Assembly (NCBI GenBank): GCA_038227875.1
Contig: JBBRPR010000043.1
Location: forward strand, 11,877 to 75,876
Direction of reading: 5' to 3'
DNA length: 64,000 nt
Source of the DNA: Planctomycetota bacterium
Lineage (GTDB): Bacteria; Planctomycetota; SZUA-567; H5-PLA8
Below the pieces are notes generated by a model. It was not told the origin of the DNA and did no database searches. It was given only the letters and a program-made list of their open reading frames with translations. A program made the translations under genes and the position numbers. Shown piece after piece: positions 36,338 to 46,367 of this stretch (its first letter is position 1; each line of letters begins with the position of its first letter).

Positions 36338-37837
36338 TCATTCCTTCCGTTCGAGATAAATCACTTTCACGTCCCACGCGTCACCGAAGCACATCTTCAG
36401 GTATCCGCGAGTGGCGACGCGGTAATTTGCGGCTATGGCGTCGAAAAGTGCTTCGGAATGATAGGCCGGGCCGTCGAATATCATCACTCGCGCGAATTTC
36501 TTCTCCCGGAACGGCGCGGTCAGGGTGTCGTTGGAAAGCCGGCCCGGCGGCAGCACGAAAAGATGCGTGGGTTCGATGAAGTAGGCGTCGGCGTCGGGCC
36601 GTTCGGCGATCGCGCCCCAGCAGCGTTCGGCATAGACAGGCTGCGCGCCGGTCAGGAAATCGTACGCGATTTCCATCTCATTCACTTCATCTTTGTCGGG
36701 CGGAGTGAGGTTTTTTTCGAAGGGCAATTGCAGGTAAAGCTGCAGACCCAGCAGGCCGCAGAGCCCCAGAATCACACCGGGAAATCGCGTTGAAGATTGT
36801 GACGGAGTAGGGCATTCCTTTTTAAGCCACGCATCGGTCAGCAGTGCCGCGGCAATGACCATGCCGGGAAACGCCGGCAGAAAATAGTTGCTGCTGCTGT
36901 ACATGAAAAGCAGAAACGCAGTCTGGATGCTGTGCCCAATCACGTACGCGTCGAGTACATCCCACGACCGTCGGGCGGCGTGCCAGAGCGCGCGGCCATA
37001 CGCGGCGGCGGCGAGCACACCGAGGCTTTTCAACGCCGGAAGATAACCGTACCAGAACTGTTCCAGCCGCAGCGGACGACGGGAGGACAGTGAGGTCATC
37101 GCTTCAATCATGGGCTGGCCGAACTGCGCGAGCGCGAGGGCCAGCAGAATCACGCAACTCAGCGCGGTGGCCCCGAGCGCGACGAGTCCCTTGCGCGGAT
37201 GTTTGATCAGCAGCGTCAGTTGGATCAGCGCGAGGCCCGGGAGCGCCGTCTGCTTGGTGAACAGCGCCAGCGCAGCCAGCGCGCCGCCGAGAATCAGATC
37301 GCGGCGGCGGAGTTCGGGAGACGTCAGAAAATAGAGGCTGGACAGGCAGAAGAACGCCATCCAGTTGTCGCAGCGCGGCACAATCAAGAAGTGGCTCATG
37401 CTGTAGCAACACGGGATCAGCAGCACCGCCCCGGCGATCAGTGCGGGGAGGACGCGGGCGCGCTTTAAAAACAAGCCGGTGAAGAGCATCGTGAGCAATA
37501 GCGGAACGGTGGCCAGCACGCGGGCGGAGGCGAGCGTCGGCGTCACGATTTTGCCAACGAAGGCGGAGATCCAGAGGTAGACGGGCGGATAAATGTTGCC
37601 CAGCATCGGGAAGGCGGAACTGTTGGTATAGACCGGCTCGCCGCGGATGACGCGCCAGGTGTAGACGAGCGCGTCGCCTTCACCGAAGAAATAATCGATT
37701 GGATAATGGAGCAGATCGCGGACGAAGAGCGGCACCACCAGCGCGCGTGCAAGCAGGACGCCGATTACCGCGATGGCGGCGAAGAGCGTCCACCGCGGGA
37801 ATGCGCGGGGCGCTGGTACTTCCGGTGCGTCAGACAT
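36338..37837 (-). CDS. GT-C fold membrane glycosyltransferase (ArnT/PMT-like)
   Basis: N-terminal TM, GEG in the first loop, IYPPVY, PRCD, ALFTKQ; multiple TM helices. Confidence 0.75.
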   Translation of the reverse strand: MSDAPEVPAPRAFPRWTLFAAIAVIGVLLARALVVPLFVRDLLHYPIDYFFGEGDALVYTWRVIRGEPVYTNSSAFPMLGNIYPPVYLWISAFVGKIVTPTLASARVLATVPLLLTMLFTGLFLKRARVLPALIAGAVLLIPCCYSMSHFLIVPRCDNWMAFFCLSSLYFLTSPELRRRDLILGGALAALALFTKQTALPGLALIQLTLLIKHPRKGLVALGATALSCVILLALALAQFGQPMIEAMTSLSSRRPLRLEQFWYGYLPALKSLGVLAAAAYGRALWHAARRSWDVLDAYVIGHSIQTAFLLFMYSSSNYFLPAFPGMVIAAALLTDAWLKKECPTPSQSSTRFPGVILGLCGLLGLQLYLQLPFEKNLTPPDKDEVNEMEIAYDFLTGAQPVYAERCWGAIAERPDADAYFIEPTHLFVLPPGRLSNDTLTAPFREKKFARVMIFDGPAYHSEALFDAIAANYRVATRGYLKMCFGDAWDVKVIYLERKE

Positions 37838-37841
37838 ACGA

Positions 37842-40800
37842 CTACTCTAGCAGTTTCTTCAGATCCATCTGCTCGAGATTCTGGCGCACGGCGCGGATGA
37901 AATTGGCGGCGTGCGAACCGTTGAAGGGCCGGTGATCGAAGACCAGCTTCAGGTTGAGCAGGCTGCGCAGGTCGAGTTTCTTTTCGCCGACGTAGCGCGG
38001 TCGCTCCAGGATCGAACCGGCGGTGAGCATCGCCAACTGCCCCGGAATGACGAACGGTGTGCCGCGCGTGGCTTCGAACGCGCCGATGTTGGTGAGCGTC
38101 AGCGACGCGCCTTGCAGGTCGGCGGAGTTGATCTGGCCGGAGCGGACTTTCTCCGTCAGTTCCTGGATGCGCAACGCGAAGGGGATGAAGCCCATTGTTT
38201 CGGCATGCTTGACGACCGGCGAGTAGAGATTCTCTTCCGGCCCGACGGCGGTGAAGCCGAGATTGATGTGCGAATCGATCAGCAGAGCGTCGCCGGCGGG
38301 ATTGAGCTTCCCGCGGAAACCTTCGTGCTTGGTCTCTTTCATCGCCTCGCGCATGGCCCAGAGGATGAAGTGCGTGTAGGTCGGCTTGACCTTGTGGCGC
38401 TTGACGAACTCGTCCTTCAACGCTTCGCGCTGTTTGACCAGATCGGTCAAGTCGGCTTCACATTCGACGTCGACGGTCGGAATTTCAAGCTGGCTCTTGA
38501 GTGCCAGCGCGCCGACCTGGATCTGCGCGTGGCTGAGGCGGACTTCGCGCGGTTTCTCGACGGGAGCCGCAGCCACTTTGGGCGCGGCAGGAGCGGGAGC
38601 GGCAGCACTGCCAGCGGTGACTTTGCCGGGAGCTAGATCAAGCGTCAGCAGCACGCTTTCGACGCGGACGCGCTCGCCTTCCTTGGCGATCAGGTGCGCG
38701 ACGACGCCGTCGTGTGTTGCTTCGATGTCGAACGAGCCCTTGTTCGCTTCCATTTCGGCGAGAGGTTCGCCGACTTTCACAGCCTGGCCCACTTTAACGT
38801 GGTAGCGGACGAGCATCGCGTCTTCGTCGGTCGGCGACTGACGCGGAATTTCGATATCGACGCTCTTGGCGCCGCCCGCGACAGGCGCAGCCACGACGGC
38901 GGTTTCCACTTTCTTGGCGGCAACGACCACCGGCGCGGCGGTTTGATGCGCTGCGCGGAGATTCTGTGCGCAGAGGTCGCGGATGGCGCTGGCGATCTCT
39001 TCGACGCTGGGCAGGATCGCCAGTTCGAGCGCGTAGTTGAACGGGTTGTGATCGTCGGACTTGGTGACGCGCCGCGGTACGGCGCGCAGGTGCTGGAAGC
39101 CTTCGCTGACGACTTCCGCCAGAATTTCCGCGCCGACGCCGCAGGTCTTCGCGTCTTCGTGGACGACGAGGATGCGGCCGGTCTTCTTGACGGAGGCCAT
39201 GACGCTGTCGATGTCCCACGGGTTGATCGTGCGCAGGTCGATGATCTCGCTGCTCATGCCATCGCCGGCGGCCTTCTCGGCGGCGGCGACACACATCGCG
39301 ACGCAGTTGCCCCAGGTCACGATGGTGAGATCGGAGCCTTCCTGAACCGTGCGCGCTTTGCCGAAGGGAATGATGCAATCCTTCGCCGGCTCGTGGACCG
39401 TGTCTTCGGCGCCGTGGAGCAGCGCTTTGGGATAGAGGAAGAGCACCGGCCTACCGCAGCGCAACCCGTAACGCAGCAGTCCCGCGGCGTCACCGGGATT
39501 GGACGGGATGACGACATGCATGCCGGGGATGTGCGCGTATATCGCTTCGTTGGTCTGGCTGTGCCAGGGGCCAAGGCCCGGGAGGTACGCACCATACGGG
39601 GCCATGATCACGAGCGCGCAATTCCATTCGCCCAGCGAACGCCAGTACATCGTCATTACTTCGTTGAAGAGCTGGTTGAGCCCCGGGCCCATGAAGTCGA
39701 TAAACTGGATCGCGGAGACCGGCAGGTCGCCCATCAGCGCGCGGCCGACGGCAGAGCCGATGATGGTGGCTTCGGCCAGCGGGGAATTTTTGACGCGGCC
39801 GGGAAACTGACGCGAGAGTCCGCGCGTGGTGCCGAAGACGTCGCCCTTCGGATCTTCGATGTCTTCACCGTAGAGACAGACGCGATCGTTGGCGCGCATC
39901 TCCGTCTCGAGGACCAGGTCGATGCACTGGGCCATGGTCATACCGCCGGAGCGCTTGGCCAGCGGCGTGGGGAGATGCTGCTCGACTTTCGGCAGTCCCG
40001 GCGGGAGCGGCGCGTAGGCGGAATTGCGGACTGTTTCCAGATCCGGTTCGGGCGCGGCCTTGGCGTGCATGATCGCGATTTCGACATCGGCCTTGATCTT
40101 CTCGCGGATCGCGTCGACTTCCGCGGGGGTGACGATCTTTTCCTTGAGGCAGGCTTCCGTGTAGCGCTTGACCGGGTCCTTGGTCTGCAGCGCCTGGAGT
40201 TCTTCCGGCGAACGGTAGAGGCGGTGGTCGTCGGAGCTGGAGTGGCTCTTCAGGCGTTCGAGCTTGGTGATCAGGCAGGTCGGTCCGCCGCCGCTGCGCG
40301 CGCGTTCGATGGCGCTCTTGGCCGCCTCGTAGACCGTCACGGGGCACAGTCCGTCGACGATGTCGACGCGGCAACCGTGGAACCACTGGGTGTTATCCGG
40401 TCCTGAGGCGAGGCTGTGGGGGATCGTCCAGAACGTCTTGCCGACGGTGGCCGTCGAAATGCCGTAACCGTTGTCTTCAATCAGAAAGACGATCGGCAGC
40501 TTGTCGACGACCGCCTGGGCGATGGCTTCGAGCGATTCGCCTTCGCGCGAAGTGGCGTCGCCGATGGACGAGACGATCACTTCCGGAATCTTGCGTTCCT
40601 TCAGCGACATGGCCATGCCGACGGCCTGCAGCATATTCGTTGCGACGGGGCTGGAGAGCGAGACAATGCGGTGCTGGCGCGAATTGTAATGCACGGGCAT
40701 CTGCCGGCCGCTCGAGGGGCCGGCGTCCTTGCTGAAGAAATCGAGGAAGAAATGTTCGTGCGTGACGCCGCGGCCCAGCACAATGGCGCGGTCGCGGTAG

Positions 40801-41015
40801 TGGGGATGGAGCCAGTCTTCCGGATGCATTGCCAGCGCTACGCCCGCCAGCGCTTCGTGGCCTTCCGACGACATCTGAAAATGGCCCTGTCCCCGCCGCT
40901 TCAACGCCTGTTCTGCTTCGTCGTTGAGCCGGGAGCTGAGCATCAACGTGAGCAGCTTAAGTTTGAGTTCGGTGCTGGTGGGGGTGGCGTGTTGAGTGGG
41001 AGTGGTGTTGGCCAT
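37842..41015 (-). CDS. Fused 2-oxoacid dehydrogenase: E1alpha + E1beta + lipoyl domain + E2 acyltransferase
   Basis: GHEA, HYRD, TPP motif GDATSREG...IEDN, HSSSDD; GEDI, SPLAEATIIG, PWHSQ, VHED; lipoyl EMEANKG; TLTNIG and FDHRPFNG; GGAGG not required, single uninterrupted ORF. Confidence 0.9.
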   Translation of the reverse strand: MANTTPTQHATPTSTELKLKLLTLMLSSRLNDEAEQALKRRGQGHFQMSSEGHEALAGVALAMHPEDWLHPHYRDRAIVLGRGVTHEHFFLDFFSKDAGPSSGRQMPVHYNSRQHRIVSLSSPVATNMLQAVGMAMSLKERKIPEVIVSSIGDATSREGESLEAIAQAVVDKLPIVFLIEDNGYGISTATVGKTFWTIPHSLASGPDNTQWFHGCRVDIVDGLCPVTVYEAAKSAIERARSGGGPTCLITKLERLKSHSSSDDHRLYRSPEELQALQTKDPVKRYTEACLKEKIVTPAEVDAIREKIKADVEIAIMHAKAAPEPDLETVRNSAYAPLPPGLPKVEQHLPTPLAKRSGGMTMAQCIDLVLETEMRANDRVCLYGEDIEDPKGDVFGTTRGLSRQFPGRVKNSPLAEATIIGSAVGRALMGDLPVSAIQFIDFMGPGLNQLFNEVMTMYWRSLGEWNCALVIMAPYGAYLPGLGPWHSQTNEAIYAHIPGMHVVIPSNPGDAAGLLRYGLRCGRPVLFLYPKALLHGAEDTVHEPAKDCIIPFGKARTVQEGSDLTIVTWGNCVAMCVAAAEKAAGDGMSSEIIDLRTINPWDIDSVMASVKKTGRILVVHEDAKTCGVGAEILAEVVSEGFQHLRAVPRRVTKSDDHNPFNYALELAILPSVEEIASAIRDLCAQNLRAAHQTAAPVVVAAKKVETAVVAAPVAGGAKSVDIEIPRQSPTDEDAMLVRYHVKVGQAVKVGEPLAEMEANKGSFDIEATHDGVVAHLIAKEGERVRVESVLLTLDLAPGKVTAGSAAAPAPAAPKVAAAPVEKPREVRLSHAQIQVGALALKSQLEIPTVDVECEADLTDLVKQREALKDEFVKRHKVKPTYTHFILWAMREAMKETKHEGFRGKLNPAGDALLIDSHINLGFTAVGPEENLYSPVVKHAETMGFIPFALRIQELTEKVRSGQINSADLQGASLTLTNIGAFEATRGTPFVIPGQLAMLTAGSILERPRYVGEKKLDLRSLLNLKLVFDHRPFNGSHAANFIRAVRQNLEQMDLKKLLE

Positions 41016-41252
41016 TCCGGAGGTTTCCTCGCGATGTACTTAATGGGCGCTTGTCGTAAACCTCAGATTAGATCAATTCGAGTTCGGATGCCAAGGAAGG
41101 TTGGCAAATTTCACCGGACTGTGAGTTAACTGAACGAATTGGACCCAATGAAATCGGGTCTCAAATTGCAGTTGCTACTGGCAATGGAATGCGGACAGAA
41201 CTAAACTGAGCTTATATTTGGGATACGTCTTGCGTATGATCTGGGGAGGTTT

Positions 41253-42833
41253 ATGGGGACGGATGTGCTAACCGAACCATCGAACGTGATTCCACCCGTC
41301 AGCCGGGATGTCCGCGTACTTGTGGTCGATGACGCTGACGATCTGCGCCGGACTTACGTCCAGGGCCTGGAACTGCTGGGCTACGCCGTCGATCAGGCGC
41401 GCAATGGTCATGAAGCGCTGGAGCGCATCCACAAGGAACACTTCGACGCGGTGGTGCTCGACCTGAACATGCCCGGCATGGACGGCTTGAGCTGCCTCAA
41501 GGCGCTGAAGGAAGAACGCAAGGATATCGAAGTGCTGATTGTCACCGGCTACGGCACGATTCCCTCGGCCGTGGAGGCGATGCGGCTGGGCGCGTACGAC
41601 TACATTGCCAAACCCTTTTCCTTCGATGAACTCGACCAGCGCCTGAAACGCTGCATGGAAGCGCGCGACCTGCGCTGGGAAAATCTCCACCTGCGCGGGC
41701 TGTTGCGCGAGAAGTACCACTACGAAAATCTGATCGGCAAGTCTGAACCGATGCGCCGCGTCTTCCGCATGATCCGCCAGGCCGCGCAGAGCCGTTCGAC
41801 GGTGCTGCTGCTGGGCAAGTCGGGCACCGGCAAGGAACTGGTCGCCCGCGCGATCCACTTCGGCAGCCCCGTCGCCGCCGGACCGATGGTGACCGTCGAT
41901 TGCGGCGCAATTGCGCCGACGGTGATCGAGAGCGAATTGTTCGGCCACGTCAAGGGCGCGTTCACCGGCGCGGTCATGAACAAGGAAGGCATGTTCCGCC
42001 AGGCTCGCGGCGGAACGATTTTCTTCGACGAAATCGGCGAACTGCCGCTGGAAATGCAGACCAAGTTGCTCCGCGCGCTGCAGGAACGCGAGATCCGGCC
42101 GGTCGGTTCCGACCGCACGTATCCCGTCGATGTCCGCGTCGTGGCCGCCACGCACCGCGACCTGCAGCAGGCCGTGAAGGAAGGCCGTTTCCGCGAAGAT
42201 CTCTTCTACCGCCTGAACGTGATCAGCATCCACATACCCGCCTTGAGCGAACGGCGCGAAGACGTGGCCGCGCTGCTGACGCACTTTTTGAAGAAGCATG
42301 CCCGCACCAGCCGCACCGTGGAGCGCATCGACGGGCAGGTGATCGAAGCGATGACCGCCTACGATTGGCCCGGCAATGTGCGCGAACTGGAAAACATGGT
42401 CGAGCGCGCGTTGGCGCTGGGGCAGGGCACGATGCTGCTGCTGAGCGACCTGCCACCCCATGTCGCCGCACTGGCGCGGTCGTCCCGCCTTGCGGAGCAG
42501 GCGACCGCTCTGGCCGAATCGCAAGCCGCCGCCACATCCGCCTTGCAACCGCCGGCGAAGCCGCCCAGCGACATCGACCTGACGCGTGTCTCCGACGAAC
42601 AATCGCTGGTCAACGAATCGCCGCTGGTTCCTCCCGGCGAAAACGCGAAAGGCGAAGGCCTGATCAGCGGTCAGAATACTCTCGATGACATTGAACGGCA
42701 GGCGATCATGGCGACGCTGCAGAGCACCGGCGGCGACCGCACCAGTTGCGCGCGCATCCTAGGCATCGACAAGTCCACGCTCTACCGCAAGCTGAAGCGC
42801 TACAATTTGGATCACGGCCGCGCCGAAGAGTGA
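41253..42833 (+). CDS. Sigma54-dependent response regulator (NtrC/AtoC family)
   Basis: REC domain (VVDD, DLNMPGMDG), GKSGTGKE, ESELFGHVKGAFTGA, FREDLFYRL, WPGNVREL, Fis-type HTH. Confidence 0.93.
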   Translation: MGTDVLTEPSNVIPPVSRDVRVLVVDDADDLRRTYVQGLELLGYAVDQARNGHEALERIHKEHFDAVVLDLNMPGMDGLSCLKALKEERKDIEVLIVTGYGTIPSAVEAMRLGAYDYIAKPFSFDELDQRLKRCMEARDLRWENLHLRGLLREKYHYENLIGKSEPMRRVFRMIRQAAQSRSTVLLLGKSGTGKELVARAIHFGSPVAAGPMVTVDCGAIAPTVIESELFGHVKGAFTGAVMNKEGMFRQARGGTIFFDEIGELPLEMQTKLLRALQEREIRPVGSDRTYPVDVRVVAATHRDLQQAVKEGRFREDLFYRLNVISIHIPALSERREDVAALLTHFLKKHARTSRTVERIDGQVIEAMTAYDWPGNVRELENMVERALALGQGTMLLLSDLPPHVAALARSSRLAEQATALAESQAAATSALQPPAKPPSDIDLTRVSDEQSLVNESPLVPPGENAKGEGLISGQNTLDDIERQAIMATLQSTGGDRTSCARILGIDKSTLYRKLKRYNLDHGRAEE

Positions 42834-42855
42834 TTCCCGAAGCCGTTTACGGAGT

Positions 42856-42887
42856 TGGACCATGCCGCAAATTTGCGGTATGGTCCA
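42856..42887. repeat. Near-perfect palindrome downstream of the sigma54 activator
   Basis: TGGACCATGCCGCAAATTTGCGGTATGGTCCA. Confidence 0.65.
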
Positions 42888-43070
42888 CACCAGTGACACA
42901 GGCTTGATATCGGCAGTTCATAATTCATCATTTCATTCCTAACGTCCCCCTATTGTACTTATTTCCCCATTGAAACGCCTCCGGGCATGGACTATAAAAA
43001 CTCCTCCGCATTGCTCTTGTGCGGCCGAATCTTATCTCTCAATTTTTGACGCCGTGCGCGGGACTCTTGC

Positions 43071-46000
43071 ATGTCGGATTCCGGGATCGATATCGAACCA
43101 GCCGCGTCGAAACGGCCGGGCTCCAGCCGCGTCAAAAACGTGGCCGACGACACGCCCAAATCGATCAAGGAAGTCAACGGATTCGCGATCATTGAGAAAG
43201 TGGGCCAGGGTGGCATGGGCGCCGTTTACAAGGCGCGTCAGAAATCCCTCGACCGCGTCGTCGCGCTGAAAATCCTGCCGCCACGCATCGCCAAGAACAA
43301 GCAGTTCATCGAACGCTTCCAGCGCGAAGCCCGCGCGTCGGCGAAACTCTGCCACCCCAATCTCGTCCAGGGCATCGATTTCGGCCAGGATCCCGTCAGC
43401 AAGCTCTGGTATTTCGCCATGGAGTTCATCGATGGCGCGACGCTCAAAAAAGTGATCAAGGAAGAGAAACGCATTCCGCAAAAGCGCGCGCTGGAAATAG
43501 TGCGCGAAGTCGCCCGGGCGCTCGACGCCATTCACAGCATGAGCATGATTCACCGCGACATCAAGCCTGATAATATCATGCTGACCTCGCGCGGCGACGT
43601 GAAGGTCACGGACTTCGGCCTGACGCGCGAAGTCGAAGACGATGCGGAGATGACGCAATCCGGCAGCGCCGTGGGCACGCCGCATTACATGCCGCCCGAA
43701 CAGGTCCGGGGCTTACGCGATCTGGACATCCGCGCGGATCTGTATGCGCTCGGCGCGACGCTCTACCACATGGTCACCGGCAAGACGCCGTTCGCGGGCA
43801 GTTCCAGCGCGGAAGTGTTGAGTAAACATCTGACCGATCCGACGCCGCTGGCGCACAAACAGTGTACCGATGTCAGCGAAGGATGCAGCCGGCTGATTTT
43901 AAAGTTGATGGAGAAAAAGCGCGAAGACCGCGTGCAGACGCCACAGGACTTGGTCGCGCGCATCGATGTGTTGCTGGATCCGGGCAACACGACGACGGGC
44001 AAGAAGACGGCGATCATGAACGCCGCGCGCTCGTCGGGGACGCGGTCGGCGGTGCGCGGCGGCATGAGCGGCCAGCGCAATGCCGTCGGCGGGTTCGAAT
44101 CGACCGGACCGTTGCAGCGCGTGACCACCGGAAAGCGCACGGCCATCACCAATGCAGTCTCCTTCGCGACGACCGGGTCGGTGACGCCGGTCGGCGAAGC
44201 CCGGCCTGATGCCTCAGTCAGTGCCGCGCGCAAGGCGACGCGAAAAGGCGGGCTGCCCGTCTGGGCGCTCGCCGCCGTTGGCGCGGTGGTCTTGATCGTG
44301 CTCGTCGCGGTGCTCGGCGGAAAATCAGAGAAGCCGCCGGTCGCGCAGAAGCCGCCGGAAAATCCGATGCCAGCCCCCGTACCTCTTCCGACAACGGTTC
44401 CCGCGGTCGCGTCCAACGCTCCGAAGGAACCGGGACGCGACGAGAAGGCGCGCTCGGCCCTCACTGCGGCGCTGGAGATGGAGAAAGCCCACGCAGAAGA
44501 CTACGGATCGATTCTGGATCTAATGACCGCCGCTGCGCAGCTCGGCCGCGACCTGTCGATCGCGACGACCATCGAGCAGGCGCGGAAGGAAACCGAACAC
44601 CGCTGGTCGGAAGCGTTCTCAAAATCGCTTAAGGCGCTTAGCGCCACGGCCGAAGCCGCCTGCGCGAAGGGCGAATTCGCGGCGGGACTCGCGGCGCTCA
44701 ACGACGCGGCGATCCCTGAAAATCTGCGCGTGTTGAACTGGCGCGAACAGCTCGACGCGGCGCGCAAACCGATCAAGGACTCCGCCGAAACGGCGCTGAC
44801 GAAGATTCTCGACGACGCACAAGCCCTGGCCAAACCCGGCGATGCCGCGGGCATGAACGGCGCGTTGGAGAAATTGAAAGCCGGCGATGCCATTCCCGCC
44901 GACATGGCGCCCTCGGCCGGAAAGCTCGGCGAACTGCGAACGCGCTGGACGGCAGAGATCGCCGCGCTGCAGGCCAAGGCCGATGCCTCCAAGCAGGAGC
45001 GTCTGGAAAAAGCGCAAGCTGCCGCGGCGGGTGTGCGCAAGGAACTCGCGCCTGTGCTGATGCAGTTCCATTTTTCAGCGGCGCTCGAGCAGCTTGACCG
45101 GGCGATGCAGGACCCCGCGCTGGCGCCCGCGAAAGAAGCGCTGGCGGCGGACAAGTCTGATCTCGAAGCTGTTATCGCGCTGCGCCAGAATGCCATTACG
45201 GCGATCCATGCCTCCGGCGGCAAAGCCATTACACTCAATCGCGGCAAAACGACGATCAGCGGCAAGGTGAAGGACGAACCGAGCGGCAAGCGCATCAACC
45301 TGGAGTTGGCCGACGGACCGGAGATGTCGATCGGCGTCGATCAGCTGGAGGCGCGCGACATCAACTCGTTCGCGCCGCCGGTGGACGGTGCCGGCAAAGC
45401 CGAAGACGCGCGCCGTCGCGGTCTGCTCTTCTTCGTCACCGGCGATTTCACGAAGGCCAAGTCCTGGTTCAAAACGGCTCAGGAGAGCGGACTGGGCGAC
45501 GTGGCCAAGGCGTACCTCGACCGCATCGAAATCCTGGAGCTGGGTGAAGTTGAAGTACACGCGCGGAAAGACTGGACCGATGCGGACGTGATCTTCCAAG
45601 CCAAGCGCTGGGACGACGCGCTGAAAGCGTACACGCTCTTCGGTCAGATGTACGCGAAGACGAAATACGGTGTGCAGATGGCCGGAGAGCTTAAGGCACG
45701 CTTGGACGCCATCGACGCGGCGCTGCATCCCACCAAGCCCGGACTTTCAGCAGTCTATTATCGCGGTAAGGAATTCAAGGATGCCGACAAGATCATGGCA
45801 CGCGTCGACGCGAACGTGAATTTTGATTGGAGCGGCCAGACCCCCTCACCGGAGGTGCCGCACGACGACTATTGCGTGCGCTGGACCGGCCTGTTGAAAG
45901 TTCCGAAAGCCGGCCACTACACGATCGCGACCGTCGCCGACGACGGCGCGCGCACGTGGATCGATGGTAAGCAGGTAAGCAGCGATTGGGGCATCCATCC

Positions 46001-46175
46001 GCCCCAGCGCTTTTCCGGCGAGCTCGATCTGACCGAAGGGCTTCATGAGTTCAAGGTTGAATTTTTTCAGCACGGCGGAGGTTCAGTCATCAACCTGCTG
46101 TGGGGCTTGAAAGACGGTTTTCCCGAAGCGACGATTCCCGCCAGCGCTCTCTTCCACGATCCGCGCGTGAAGTAA
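43071..46175 (+). CDS. Hanks-type Ser/Thr kinase with TM helix, helical region and C-terminal PA14 domain
   Basis: GQGGMGAVY, VALK, HRDIKPDN, DFG, GTPHYMPPEQ; TM LAAVGAVVLIVLVAVL; PA14 motifs VNFDW, VRWTG, ADDGAR. Confidence 0.92.
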   Translation: MSDSGIDIEPAASKRPGSSRVKNVADDTPKSIKEVNGFAIIEKVGQGGMGAVYKARQKSLDRVVALKILPPRIAKNKQFIERFQREARASAKLCHPNLVQGIDFGQDPVSKLWYFAMEFIDGATLKKVIKEEKRIPQKRALEIVREVARALDAIHSMSMIHRDIKPDNIMLTSRGDVKVTDFGLTREVEDDAEMTQSGSAVGTPHYMPPEQVRGLRDLDIRADLYALGATLYHMVTGKTPFAGSSSAEVLSKHLTDPTPLAHKQCTDVSEGCSRLILKLMEKKREDRVQTPQDLVARIDVLLDPGNTTTGKKTAIMNAARSSGTRSAVRGGMSGQRNAVGGFESTGPLQRVTTGKRTAITNAVSFATTGSVTPVGEARPDASVSAARKATRKGGLPVWALAAVGAVVLIVLVAVLGGKSEKPPVAQKPPENPMPAPVPLPTTVPAVASNAPKEPGRDEKARSALTAALEMEKAHAEDYGSILDLMTAAAQLGRDLSIATTIEQARKETEHRWSEAFSKSLKALSATAEAACAKGEFAAGLAALNDAAIPENLRVLNWREQLDAARKPIKDSAETALTKILDDAQALAKPGDAAGMNGALEKLKAGDAIPADMAPSAGKLGELRTRWTAEIAALQAKADASKQERLEKAQAAAAGVRKELAPVLMQFHFSAALEQLDRAMQDPALAPAKEALAADKSDLEAVIALRQNAITAIHASGGKAITLNRGKTTISGKVKDEPSGKRINLELADGPEMSIGVDQLEARDINSFAPPVDGAGKAEDARRRGLLFFVTGDFTKAKSWFKTAQESGLGDVAKAYLDRIEILELGEVEVHARKDWTDADVIFQAKRWDDALKAYTLFGQMYAKTKYGVQMAGELKARLDAIDAALHPTKPGLSAVYYRGKEFKDADKIMARVDANVNFDWSGQTPSPEVPHDDYCVRWTGLLKVPKAGHYTIATVADDGARTWIDGKQVSSDWGIHPPQRFSGELDLTEGLHEFKVEFFQHGGGSVINLLWGLKDGFPEATIPASALFHDPRVK

Positions 46176-46180
46176 TCCCT

Positions 46181-46333
46181 GTGTGACAAGGAGCAAGCCG
46201 CTGTTTGCTTGCTCCTTGCTCAACGCTCGGCCTAACGAAATGGATGTCGTCGTTCGTTCGGCTGACTCACTCGCTTGCGAACTCCGTGCGTTAAGCAGGG
46301 AGCAAGCAAACTGCCGCTTGCTCTCTGACACAC
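46181..46333. repeat. REPIN-like inverted pair of short hairpins
   Basis: 46181-46220 is the near reverse complement of 46294-46333; each arm contains GAGCAAGC-N8-GCTTGCTC. Confidence 0.8.
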
Positions 46334-46367
46334 ATTCGCCAGCGCTTGCCAAATAGAATGTTCCGTC

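Noticed and set aside
41179..41192. Sigma54 promoter upstream of the NtrC-like gene
   Set aside because: TGGCAATGGAATGC has GG-N9-GC spacing, and sigma54 needs N10.
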